Position numbers and translations under genes: made by a program
DNA from: Botryllus schlosseri
Lineage: Eukaryota
Direction of reading: 5' to 3'
NCBI GenBank assembly: GCA_051294905.1
Contig: CM119384.1
Coordinates: forward strand, 5,456,001 to 5,520,000
Length of the DNA: 64,000 nucleotides
The notes under the pieces: model-generated
Told to the model about the DNA's origin: nothing
Seen by the model: only the letters and a program-made list of their open reading frames with translations
Databases searched by the model: none
Shown: positions 38,749-51,322 of the stretch, one piece after another
Position numbering within the stretch: the stretch's first letter is position 1
How the letters are laid out: every line of letters starts with the position of its first letter

Positions 38749-38857
38749 GATTCCGCCCCGGAGTCACCGACGCAGAAGAAAAAGATCAAAGAGGAGGACA
38801 GCAAAGCCTACGAACAGGCCTTCCTGCCGAACCCATACGCGTCGATGCCGTACGGAG
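38749..38857 (+). CDS. SKI: SKI coding exon 6 (DSAPESPTQKKKIKEEDSKAYEQAFLPNPYASMPYG)
   Basis: ctgttttgtttcag acceptor, G|gtgggt donor; 109 nt, phase 0/1; bridges exons 5 and 7 in frame. Assigned by phase fit and coding-like composition, not by homology. Confidence 0.75.
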
Positions 38858-41800
38858 GTGGGTTAATTCATATCTGACGGAACGCGATTGCGTTCTGGTA
38901 TACACGGTCGTGAGCTGTGTGTGCGTGGGGTTGTTCAAAACTATATTTGCATATATGCACGAGAGTGGCAAATGTCTGTCTTGCCTCCTTTCGCACTATA
39001 CAGGTCTCCTGTAACGTTTTCGGGAAAACAAAAAATTTGAGTAAAACATATCACAAATTAGATTACAATGATCTTACCGGCATCTCGCTCTAATTAATCT
39101 AATTTGGCAACTAGAATTAACAGTTTTGCGCGTTCCTCGATTTGTTTTCGCGTCGGAAACGGTGAAATTCCGCGTTTTTGTTGTTGCTGCACTCGGCTAA
39201 CAACACTTCGTCTGCGCATCGACGCGACGCCAGTCACGTATCAACGATGTGTATTATCGCGACTGGCACTGCGCGCTTTCTCGGCTTCGGTTTCTGAAAG
39301 CACTTGTGTCTTGCGGTTTGGCTTTTTAACTGAAAAATTCCAGCCGAATCTGATGAAGATGTGATACCCGTAATTTGGTATCTCGTCAGCAAGAATTCTA
39401 GAATATGCCGTCTCGGGTTAGGCTGAGTCAGCGGGCAAAAATCTGAGCTGTCGCCGTGGAAACCGCCGCGGTCGGTTGCTGTGCGCGCGCGGTAATAAAC
39501 AAGGCGGCGGCCTCGTGCAGGGGAAGTCAGTAATGGAGTAGCCTAATCTATTAATTTTACCTGAATACCCACTCTGTACTTGCTTGAAAATCACTACTTG
39601 TAGCTCTACTAGATCTTATTTGTTACACAGAGGTGGTCTGTAACGACTAACGAAGCACTTATACAGCTTCTTGGTGTTACAGAAATTCAATATACAGTTG
39701 AAGCACTTATTATTTTTCGGGGTACTTATATAGTCATAGGTTTTGCCCACTCGCACTATTTACTCAAACGGCACAGTTTTCAGCTCTCAAGGCAAAGCTA
39801 GGTCTAGAATACTTACTTTTCACTAACTTGGAAATGGCGCGACCGTGGTCGAGCTAATTGGTTGAGGTTGGGTCATTGAGTGTAATTTCGTTCATTTTGC
39901 AGTTCCGATGATGCGGCATTCCGCGTTTCGGCCGTGGAGCCCGCGGTCCGGGCCGGAGATGCCGGTTGCTCAGGAAATGGCGCATCTCAAAGGACTGGTG
40001 CCGTTTGCCTTGGACAGGTAGGGAAATAACGTGGCGACGTAGTGGCCATGTTGCTACGGTAGGATGAGAATGTCGAATCGGCCCATCGCGACTTGCCTGG
40101 TTTCCCCGCCGTTTTGGCTTCCTCATTTAAAACAAACTGTCTTCAAAGTCGAATTCACTCAATGTAATACCACGTGCACCTTACTTAATATGTTATGTTC
40201 ATGAAATCTTAGTTGTTGAACTGTGCCGCATTTTTGTAGGCAACCTACGAACCTAATAATATCTGGGTTTAGTACCGTATGTGGAATTTGGAAAAGTTGT
40301 TTTTGAGCACACCCCAAATGGTCATTGCTAGTAGCCAGTAGGCTATGTCCGCGGACCGAAATCTTCCGGGAGGTTCGAATTTGTTTATCGATACCCCGGT
40401 TAGACTCGACCTCCGAAAGCAGCTCATTTCACACGTCACATTAGGACGCAAGATGAAATTCTGTTAGAAGCGATCGCTTACCAGATCTCGCGACTACCAG
40501 ACTCCCTAAAACGTCACATAGAAGTGACGCACGTAATGGAGCGGCTTTGAGATTAACAATACGAAGTTAATGCTTCGCGTAGTTCTGAAGTTCTGTACCC
40601 CGAACAACTTGAATTTTAAAGAAAAACAATCCTTTTTCAGACACGGCCTGCCGCAGTACTTGCAGACCGCCGCTTCGTCCGGTCTGCCGACGCGAGAATC
40701 CGAATTGTAAGTGTTGTTTACGTTCGCATCGCCGGGAAAAATCGAAAAAATACGGGTGTAGTGTTGCGCATTCTGGATAATGTTTAGTCTTGAGAGTACG
40801 CGTTTGTGTATCGCGTTGCGTCTCGTCCGGAAACCTCGCCGGCCGTCTGTTTATTGTGGCGGCCTGCTCTCAAGTGCGATGTGATAAAGGCCAGACTGTG
40901 TACGCGCTAGTGGCGTCTGCTTTGGGATAATCCGGGCGTGCATTTTCTTATCTGTGGTTCTCGCGACTTTGCGAATATTCGAAATCTTCGGATCTTTTTA
41001 TTTTCCACTCGCTCATTCGTTTATTTATATCTTTATCGATTCGAAACACTACAAGATTGCGATAGAGAGTGGAAGGTGTCGAAACGTCTCGTTGCGGCAT
41101 TTACACCGACTCATGTAACACATGCATACGATCTTTGTGACTTTGTCGTTGACTTGTCGTATCAGTCGGGTGTATTTCTTGAACCCCGAGACTGGATCAG
41201 TGAACCCCAGTTCAGAATCACTGGCGTAGAATATATGAATTAAAGTCGTGCGCACTAAATGAAAAGTAACAGGTGATAAGTGATAACACAAATCAACAGG
41301 CGATGAAAACGAGGTAGCATGTTACGGTAGACCAAGCCGATACGTACCAACGTGGCTCATTAATCTCGAGCGCTGACTCTTGTATTTTTTCGCGTTCGTA
41401 TCTTTGTCGATCTCAGATCTTAGCCTCGGGTCGCATACGATATTTCGAACAATAAACATCCGCTAAATGCTAACTGTTGTGATGGGTATTTCCGGTGCGG
41501 CAGCGTTATCTAATGAAAGGACGGATCGTCAGTGATCTCATTTCGGTGTAGTCCAGTGCTCTTCGACCTTCTTGTCTTGGCGTGATGAACCCCAAAACTT
41601 GTGACGAATTCATGCATCCTGTATACTTCGAAGCAATGTATATAATTGACAGCTGAATATTACAAAATATCGAAAACGACTCTTTTCTTTTACAAAGTTT
41701 GTCTTTAACTCTTGTATTCCTTTCCGTACTGGTGCACCCCATGCATATTCGGGGGCACACCAGTGTTGTTGTTTGTGGTATTGATAGTTTTTTCGACTAA

Positions 41801-44800
41801 AATGGTCATTCACAGCAGGCCGATATTCTTTAGTATGATTCCGTAGCTGCCGACTTGTAGCACGGTCCGCTTTTTTGCTGTTTTTTAAGAAACGGCATAC
41901 GTAGATCAGATGGCGAGGAGGAGACTAGATGAAGGTCCAACATTTTGGAAGGGACACACACCAGTGTAGCCAACACTACCGTTGTTCTTGTATCAATACG
42001 ACTGGACGCTTTGAACATACATTAGCCCTCATTTAAAGAGTTCCCTCCCCTTACCACGAATCGCCGGTGATAGTCGGTGGCGTTTGTTGGATCGACGCTA
42101 TGGGCGCTCTCATTTCCTGCGTTTGACGGCGTTACATTGCGTTTGTTGTCGCTCGGCCGCTGTTGCGTGAAAGCTGGAAATGATCGCGTAGCGCGCAGCC
42201 GTTCTCGAAAGTCGCAGGAAACGGTGGCACTCGGTGTAGGCTTTCAAACGCAGGAAAGCCGGTTGGGATTGATTGCAGGCGGCTAGAGAGCGCGACTGTT
42301 CGGTCTGTCTTCTTGCGAGCGATGGAATTAGGCGTGTGTCGGATTTTCAGAAACACGGCTTCGTAGATAACAATAGTATGGCCAGACTATATGATCATAA
42401 TCGGAGGTTCTATTATTGGTATCCGCTCAAGGCACAATGCGACGTAATGAGCTGATAGAACATCCACTTCGTAGTAGAAGTAGAAGTACTTCGTTATGGA
42501 CCAACTCCGAATCTACAACACATACATTGCTCGTTGGAAATGCATGAGAAGCGCCTAGCTTTTTACGATCGATATCGCCTCCGATTGCAATCAATATAAT
42601 TGAACTGACCAGCTTCAAACCGATTATTCCCGGCGGTAAATTGTGTGATGCGACAGAATTGCACTATAGGTAAGATCAAGAACCATCAAACTACATGGCG
42701 ATGCCGCGATTTCGCGCGACTCGCTTCAGCCAACGTTACAGCGGTCATCTCGCTTCGCTGAAGGGAGAGTACTTGAATGGGTTTTGCGCGCGTTCTGAAG
42801 TGGTCACTGGTCAGTTCCATTGTTCGCGTCCTTGAACAAATCCGATTCGGCGCTCTGGACAACTGCTAAGATCGGCTATTGTGCGTCGTCAAGGGCGCAG
42901 CACTCGACTGGACAATGCCGATGTCCGCACAATCGCGCCTTGTATGCACCTCGTGCTGAACAGCGCCCGGCTTACACGCGTGCCGGCGCTATCCAGAAAA
43001 TCGATTTAATCAAGGCTGTCTCGTCGCTGGTAATACGCGTGGATCAAGGTCGATTTAAACGCAATTACTCCTCGGTCGTTTATAAGCCGCGGCACGGTGA
43101 CCGTCTTAAAGTCATTACTATGCGATATGTTCACGTGCGCGGGATTTATCAAGTTACGGCCGTGAAACTGAAGCGAGGTAACATCGTTTTAATCCGGCTG
43201 TCTTGGTATTTCGACGGGTTACAGGGCTTTTTCTTGGCTGGTCACGTACAGGTTAACTCGAGATGAGTTGTTTTGCCGTGGTCTTTGCACTACTGCCGTA
43301 GCTTTGGCCTTTCTCTATTTTTGGCCGCGCTCTCGTTTTGTTGAAAGAAACGCCGGCGTTTTCTCGTCCGTTTTTCTCTCTTCCGACGCGCACGTTACGT
43401 CTCTCTTTCCTGTCTCTCGTTTTTGAAATGCGAGCCCGTCGGCTGCGGAATGTTACAGCCGGGATGCCTTTCTATTCTCGTAAAGCAAACTTGAGGCGTC
43501 AATGGCGCGCGCTTGCCATTGTTCTGCGAGTGCGCGCCGATTTCGCTGCGTCTCGGTGTAAGCCCTTGTGAATACAGCCCCTGCGTTACAAGTCATGATT
43601 TTTTACGCGAAATTAACAACGCGGTGTGCGAAATGCTTATTTGATTCGAGCATGTTCACATTCAAGTCAAATACAAGCAATTCCTTCTGTCAGCAACTAG
43701 TACCATCAGTCAAAAATATTTGGGTTTATTTAAACAGCCTATTTAAAATAGGAATATACTATTCAATTGCGTATTGACCTTCTGTACGTCCAATAAGCTC
43801 GTCAAATGCTACACACTGCTTCAACTTATTTTGCCGAACAATGCGTTCAGTCAAAATATGACTATTTATTCGGGTCGCAAGATTTTATTGACCTGAAGTA
43901 TTATTTTATGTGAGTCAACGCGTATGCGTAAACACTAACAATTTACTCTGTCAAAATATGACGACTATTTGTTAGGGTCACACGATTGTATCGATCTGAA
44001 TTGTTTTATAAACGAGTCACCTTGAACGTGTCGGGAACCACTGATGTAGGCCAAAACGGGTGCCTGGTTTCAAATAACTACTCTAAAGTCATTTCCACAC
44101 CTCCATCCACGTCTTTTCGTTGTCGCATTGTGTTTTTTTAAAGGCGGAAATCATTAACAATGCACTCCTCTGTAATTGTCACTCTGTTTTGCAGTGCATT
44201 GCCGAAGCCAGCGACAGAGCCCAGGCATATCGACAGAAAAAGATCCCAAGACCAGGATTCGCAGCCCATTCCGATTTCGCCGCGGACAGCTCCGGACCGG
44301 AACGCGATTCGTCACGGTAGGATTATCGCGGTGGCAGTCCCGGGAATTCTGTTTTCCGGCGCACGCAACCAGCTATCGCTTTGGCGCTTATGAATAATAG
44401 ATGGCGTTCGATGGAATAAAGTCAGGCCGGGTGCCTTGTGTATGAAATATAAAGCGTAGGCACAATTCCATCGGAAAATTAATGGGCTCGTAAATATTTC
44501 GCTCCAGATTTTTCTCCCGGGATTAACCCTTGTACTGTAAACGGCAAAAGTGAGCGAGCATTAAATACAATGGCGTCGATTTAACGCAAAGTGTATTTGA
44601 ATAACCAGTATGAAAAATTTATTCAACCGGATGCAGATTTTGTCCTAGCGCTATTACGGCATTTATGTCAGATTTGTCCACGCGAATGGATTAGTTTAGT
44701 ACAGCTGTTCCAATCTCTTTATGGTCTTGACCCAATTTCCGATCTGAAAATGTTACATGGTCCATGAAGTGAAAAGAAAGACGAGACCTTCAATGAGACC

Positions 44801-45118
44801 TACTTATGGCCTATTTGGGAAACTGATTACTAAAGAAGAAGCAAAATTGAAAAATGCATTCATATTTAAATAACCCAGATATTTTCGACTGACCGTCGCC
44901 AGGGGTGATCGTCAGCAGCGAGTAATGTTCTTTTGAATTCTCTACTAGTTGCTGATGATTATACCCTGACAAGGGTCAGTCGAAAATATTCGGGTTCATT
45001 TCAATATGGATGGATTATTCAGCTGTATACTGAAGTTGTGTGCCTCCAAGAGTCTCTTAACCCTCCTCCCGCGGTCGGCCTCAGGACCGAATTTTAATGC
45101 ATTTAGAAAAAGATTCAT

Positions 45119-45205
45119 AAAATCTGAACCACGGGACTTGAACCGACGCCTAATATATCGCTGTAATCAGGAAACAGGCGCCTAACCAACTAAGCTACTC
45201 TGAAA
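45119..45205 (-). other. tRNA-derived Pol III promoter unit (A box, B box, T-run); not a canonical tRNA
   Basis: Minus strand: TAGCTTAGTTGG (45197-45186), GGTTCAAGTCCC (45144-45133), then TTTT (45122-45119). A D-stem can form; the acceptor stem does not pair. Confidence 0.6.
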
Positions 45206-47128
45206 GCGAGAGAGTAACAGGTGATGCCCCTATACCGGGAAGTGTTCTCAACTTTTTGAAAATAAAAGAGAATTCGACTTTTGAATTTGCTGCTACGTCA
45301 TACACGGAGCTGCTCGGGATAGAGTCATCGCCTGACTGATTTCACAGCAATATCAGGATTCCAAAACGACCTGAGTGAGGTTCTTACGATAACACAGTCG
45401 ATTGTAACGAGTGCTGATGTACCGATGGCTACAGCTGGCTACTGCGTGTTCGACGCCAGGCGTCTCGCATTCAGCGCACATACACATGTTCGAAAATGAC
45501 GTAGTATCGCGGACGATGAAATTATTCATTTCACAACGCCGTTATATGGTAATCGCTTATCAATTCTTTGTACGAGATAGTGTTATGTGTTGAAACGAAC
45601 TTTGCCGTTGTAAAACAACTATACCTGAATTGGTTGAATTGACAGGTAGTCATACCTGCAATATGAATACACATTCTTACTGATATTTTAGTTGGCATTT
45701 CAAATCAGTTTATCAAATATTATGCAAGCCATCGACGGTGGTGGTGTAGACAAACGCTTTGAGACAAGGCCTATCTATTGAACAGATAATAGGCATCCAC
45801 AACCACCTCAGCTATCGCAGAAGAATAGTGGTTTCTGTACCACACGCGCATCGCAGCAATCAGTTTCGAAGTGCTTTCGCGACAGCAGAATCTACATATC
45901 TATACGATACATCTATACGCTAACTTGACAATCGACATTCAGCCATATTTTGGTAAAAGAATATAGTATATTGCATGATACAACATATGAAATAATGCAT
46001 CACGCGTGGAATACAACCGCAAATTGAAATGGTAACAAACCAAATCTAGCACCAACAAATGGAAAACCATGTCATGGGTACAATGATGGCTTCGTATGAA
46101 ACAATGTAGATGATGAAGTATATAGTATATATTGACGACTCAACTTATCGCAAAGATATACCTTGTTTTGCGTAATCCGCAACTTGAAATCTGCGCTAAT
46201 TACAACAGCAAAGATATTGCGGCATGTTATTGCTTAGGTAATAACATAGTATCCCCGAAATGATTCATTTCACAACGCGCCGGTATATGTAATCGCTTAT
46301 CCATCGTTTGTACGAGATAGTGCTATGTGTTGAAACGAACTATGCTGTTGTAAAACAACAAGAACTGAATATATAGTGGTTGAATTGACCGGCAGTTATA
46401 CCTGCACTATGAAATACAAGTTACTGATATTTTAGTGGGCATTTCAAATCAGTTTAGAACATATTATGCATGTTATCGACAATGGTGGTGTAGGCAAACG
46501 CTTTGATACCGGGCTATCTTTTGAACCAATAATAGGTATCCACTTTCACATACCCCCAGCCATCAAAAAATATATGGTATTATTTATGCTACACACGCAT
46601 CCCAGCAATCAGTTTCGAAGTGCTTTCGCGACAGCATAATCTACAGGCCTAAATCCGCTAACTTGAAAATCGATATTCAACCATACCCTGGGCAAATAAT
46701 TTATTGCATCCCACAATAAATGAAATAATGCACCATGTATGTAATGCATCGACAAATCGAAATATCAACAAACCACATTTCACATCAACAAACGGAAAAG
46801 CTATCTCGGATACAATGATGGTTTCGTATGAAAGCATGTATAGCATCGTCGACGAATGAAGTTGTTACAAAAATACACCTTGCATACACTGCAATGAAAA
46901 TAGGTCGAATGTTTTGAGTTGCGCCGACATTTCTTGCATTTCTCATTCGAACAGCGCAATAATAATGACACCATTTTTCTGGAATATCAGGTATGCATAT
47001 CAGCATATGCGACAATTACAGGTCAAGTCGCATGGCAACATATAGTAAATAAATGCATCACACGCGTAATACAACAGCAAATAGAAATGAAAACAAACCA
47101 CATGTAGCACCAACAAATGGAAAACAAA

Positions 47129-48819
47129 TCACGGGTACATTGATGGCTTCGTATGAAACCATGTATAGCATTGGCGACTGGTGCTATTGCAAAGATATAC
47201 CTTGCATACACTGCAATGAAAATAAGTCAAACGTTTTGACAGAGTTACACCGACTTTTCTAGCCTCTCTCAGCCGAACCGCGCAATAGTGACACCGTCTT
47301 CTGGTACCAGATGTGTATATCGGCATATGCGGCAATGACATGTCGAGACGCATTTCCAGAGGGCCTATTTGTCGTGGCAAGCTTATTCTGGGTCTGGGCG
47401 CGTGGTTGGATGTTATCAGCGCATTGATTAGATTGAGCCGGAATTTGATGCCATTGGATTTGCTGGTCGTCAAATTTTCAAAAATGACCCGGGCGTTGTG
47501 GACAGAAATCTCGAGCAGATACGAAAATACCTTACGGTACCAGACTCGCGATTGGCGACCGAGTTTATAGTACTTTCGCATCTGATCGAATCCATCCACC
47601 CCGCCCATGAACTTGTTGTAATCTTTGATTACTTGTGGACATGTTACCTCCACGGTTTTTCTACCCGCCCCACGCCTCTTCACACTAGACATTTCCCCCT
47701 CCGCATCATGAATGGTCGACATAACATAGACTGGACGATTGTCACACCAGGCATAGCACAATATGCCTTCAGATGACAATCGCCAGTTTAGGTCACCTCT
47801 TTTTGCCTTTGTGCGGCCGGTTTTTGCCATTTGAATTTCCTTTGGAAATCCCTTACGCGATGAACGCACTGTGCCACACGCGTACACGCCTTTCTCTTTC
47901 AATAATTTCAATAGGGCCGGACTCGTATAGTAGTTGTCCATATACAAGTGTTTTCCCTGATGGAAGAATTCATCCATGAGGGAGAGTACTACAGCACCAG
48001 AGAGGCCATACTCTGCTGTGATGGGAGCCGAAATCGGGTCTTCACCGATATAGATCTGGAAATTTGAGACATAAGACGTCGAAGACTCTGCCAGTACCCA
48101 AACCTTTATTCCAAATCGAGTTCTTTTGGCTGGGAGGAATTGACGAAAACCAACACGACCTTTGAAGGCAATCATTGATTCATCGATCGACAATTCTCTC
48201 CCAGTATTATATTTGTTCAGACAATTATCTCTAATCATCTCCAGAAATGGCCGAATCTTTTTCAATTTATCGGTTTGGGTGCTGGCAGAATCTTCTCTAG
48301 CCTGTGTTTGCGTACAAGGGCCTTGGTCGGGAAGGGGCTCAGGATCAGAGAAGTAAAGATTACGATATATCTGGAAAAAGCGGTCGCGAGACATTGTTTT
48401 TCCGAAATTTGGGCACTCTATCAAGAAACACTCATGGCTCCAATACATTTCCATGTCGGGTAATTTTAGTATACCCATCGCAATTACCATACCGATGAAA
48501 CACTTCATCTCGGGGACATCGACATCTCTCCATGCTATCATATGGCTTTTTTTAGCAGGTGGCTCGTCCCCCCTAGCCGACCTATTCCGCTGTCGTAGTG
48601 CTTCTTTGCGACGGTAATTTAGATTTGTTTTATCCGTTATATGACGGAATACCTCTTCAGAAAATATTTGAAAGAAACAGTCAATTTCCGTTGGATTTCG
48701 TCCTAAGCTGCGATTCGGTACAGATGCCGTGCCAGTAAATTGTTGCCGGTTTATGATTGGGACTGCTGGTGATGGCTGGCTCCACGTGAACTGCTGGTGT
48801 TCTCTGCGGACTTCAGAGT
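47129..48819 (-). CDS. piggyBac transposase exon 3 (DDD core and C-terminal cysteine-rich domain)
   Basis: Motifs SIDESMI, YMDNYYTS, MGGVDGFDQ and CHYC...CSVCKVYLC...CYTWFH; acceptor ttattttgcag (AG at 48821-48820), phase 1. Confidence 0.95.
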
Positions 48820-48880
48820 CTGCAAAATAACGTAATAAATCTTTCAAAATTACAAACAGAATAATTTGATGCTAACTTAC

Positions 48881-49099
48881 CTCGGGAAGTGCCAGGAATC
48901 CCGTCACGTGAGTTATTCGCCCGTGAGTTCGTCCGCTGTCTATACCTTTGTTGCGAGGAGATGGGGTCTGGTAAAGTGAGTTGTTGTGGGTCGTCCTGCA
49001 GACTTGTGGGCGACGGTTGTCGGTCACTCGCCTCTGAATCGTCCAGATCTACACCTGCAAAATCGTCATCTCTCTCCATGTCTTCAAGACGTATGTCCT
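48881..49099 (-). CDS. piggyBac transposase exon 2 (acidic N-terminal region)
   Basis: Acceptor gcgtttcag (AG at 49101-49100), donor GAG|gtaagt at 48880; 219 nt, phase 1/1; a 61-nt intron joins it in frame to exon 3. Confidence 0.8.
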
Positions 49100-49198
49100 C
49101 TGAAACGCATACCAGCAAATATTGGTTATCATAAATAGGACTTGCAAGAGCTAAATTCAACGCACCTCGACTCAAAACAACATCTTCAGTGCGTTAAC

Positions 49199-49301
49199 CA
49201 TAATTTTCATCATCACTGTCACATTCAATGACATCATCGTCGTTCTCTGCATTCAAAACTATATCCAACAGTTCGAGCGCTGTCAGGTTTTTTCTAGCCA
49301 T
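49199..49301 (-). CDS. piggyBac transposase exon 1 (MARKNLTALELLDIVLNAENDDDVIECDSDDENY)
   Basis: ATG at 49301; typical acidic piggyBac-like N-terminus. A phase-1 donor G|gttaac at 49198 gives a 670-aa protein; an alternative donor at 49165 retains an in-frame TAA. Confidence 0.65.
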
Positions 49302-51322
49302 CACTATTCGTTCTTTCGCATCTCAGTCGACAGCGAATGACATTATACGCAAACAACATCAGATTTTATGTACTGAATACCAGATGAACCACCTCTTTGA
49401 ATCTGCCCCACATCAGGCGTACTGTCTAAAATTATGTTCATTTGAGTAGACTGGCGCCAGATGCACAACGTATTCTTCTGCATCATTCCCATCCGAGCTT
49501 TGATGTGCCGGTCAGTTCTGTTTTGTTCGGTACCATGGGTCAGATCTGAAACATTCTCACCAGAAGTGCAGCCATTCACGGACATAAATTTGCTGTCATA
49601 TCAATTGCGCGTTGGAGATCTTGTAGCTCGCTGAACACCATGATGATAATATTGATGTATTAGTATGAAAAGCAGCAATCGATATGAGTAATCTGCAACA
49701 GCAAATCTACCATAATATTTTAGTAAAAGAATATATTGCATGACACAATATATGAAATAATGCATCACGCGTGTAATGCAACAGCAAATTGAAATAGTGA
49801 CAAACCACATCTAACTCCAACAAATGGAAAACCATTTCACGGGTACAATGATGGCTTGGTATGAAACAATGTAAATGACGTAGTGGCCTATATAGCATTG
49901 GCGACTCAACTTATTATAAAGATATACCTTGTTATGCGTAATCTGCAACATGAAATCTGCGCCAAGCACAACAGCAAATAAATTGCGGCGTGTTATTGTT
50001 TTGGTAATAACATAGGATCCCTGACGTTGAAATGATTCATTTCACAATGTCGGTATATGTACTCGCTTTTGTCCATTCTTTGTACGAGATAGTGTTATGT
50101 GTTGAAACGAACTTTGCCGTTGTAAAACAACTAGGACTGAATTGGTTGAATTGACAGAGTCATACCTGCAATATGAATACAGTGCTTCACTGATATTTTA
50201 TGGGCGTTTCAAATCAGTTTATCACATCTTATCGAGCGGTGCGTTTCGTGCGCTACCACGGGAAAGATGCGCAACACTTTCACCAGAAATGTCGTAAATT
50301 TGCTGTCATATCAAGAGCGGAGATCATGTAACTCACTGAAGATGGTAGTGTTGATGTATTGGTATGAAAAGTACGAATTATCCATATGCGTAATCTGAAA
50401 CAGCAAGTCCGCGATAATCACAACATGGAATATATTGCTAAAACCCACGCATGTTATTTCGTAAAATATGTTTACTTCCAATTCGAATAATCTGTCCTGC
50501 GACCAATGTTAGGTATAAGCATTACAATAGATGGGCGATGACATAGTCAACAGCTGTTTGGAGAAAAGAGCTGCATATGAATATGACGCCTGTAACGGAG
50601 ATGCGCTGGTCACGGGCGCTGGTTTATCTCGCGCGCGCACATGCACTCGAGCGCCGCCGCAAGTTGTATTTTGCGCAAAACGTTTTTGTGTATTCAATCG
50701 GCATTTTGATGAGGTTATTTCATAGTCTAATAGGTTATTTATGGCTCGACGTATGCGTATTGATACTAGCTATCCATCTGAAATAGATGTAACTTTCTGC
50801 GACCAGTATAACGCAAGATATTCGGGATTAAGTGAAGCGTGTTCGTGAAAATACAATCCGGGCTCATGCATGAGCCAACCGCGTAGCGAGGGTTAGAATA
50901 ATAAAAATGGTCGGCACATTCGCCCTGACCTACTAGCGACCTATTTGGGAAGCTGATTATTAAAAAGAAAATAGATCAGCACCTTTGTGACCCCAGATAA
51001 AAAAAAAACGATCCCCAGGTTAAAAACACTGATTTGGTAGAAAAAGTACAAAACGATGTATTAATATCGCTATACAATTGAACAGTGTTGAAATAAACCG
51101 GAGTATTTTCAGCTGACACTGGTCAGGGTAATAGTCAGCAACTAGCAGACAATTGAAAAGAATATTGTGTATCAACAATTGTATCTACTACTAGTTGTTG
51201 ATGATTAAACCAGACGAGTGTCTGGTTTATTTCAATACGAATATGTTATTCAATTCTGTGTCGAAGTTCCATACTTCCAAGAACCTCATCTAAGCGTCTA
51301 AGACCGCTATCATAATTCTCAG

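Larger units (their letters stand above)
45061..50892 (-). mobile_element. piggyBac-family element (about 5.8 kb), antisense within SKI intron 6
   Basis: TTAA|CCCTC at 45057-45065 and GAGGG|TTAG at 50888-50896; terminal 20 nt match 14/20; a subterminal palindrome at each end (tcggcctcaggaccga; ggctcatgcatgagcc); contains a piggyBac transposase gene. Confidence 0.72.

Noticed and set aside
44523-44545. TTAA-CCCTTGTACTG (and TTAA-CCCTCTCGG at ~36788) as alternative piggyBac ends
   Set aside because: I found no matching inverted partner in the window, whereas the 45061/50892 pair match each other and both carry subterminal palindromes.
45123-45205. Functional tRNA gene
   Set aside because: The acceptor stem does not pair, the T-stem has a mismatch and the anticodon loop is irregular; kept only as a tRNA-derived unit.
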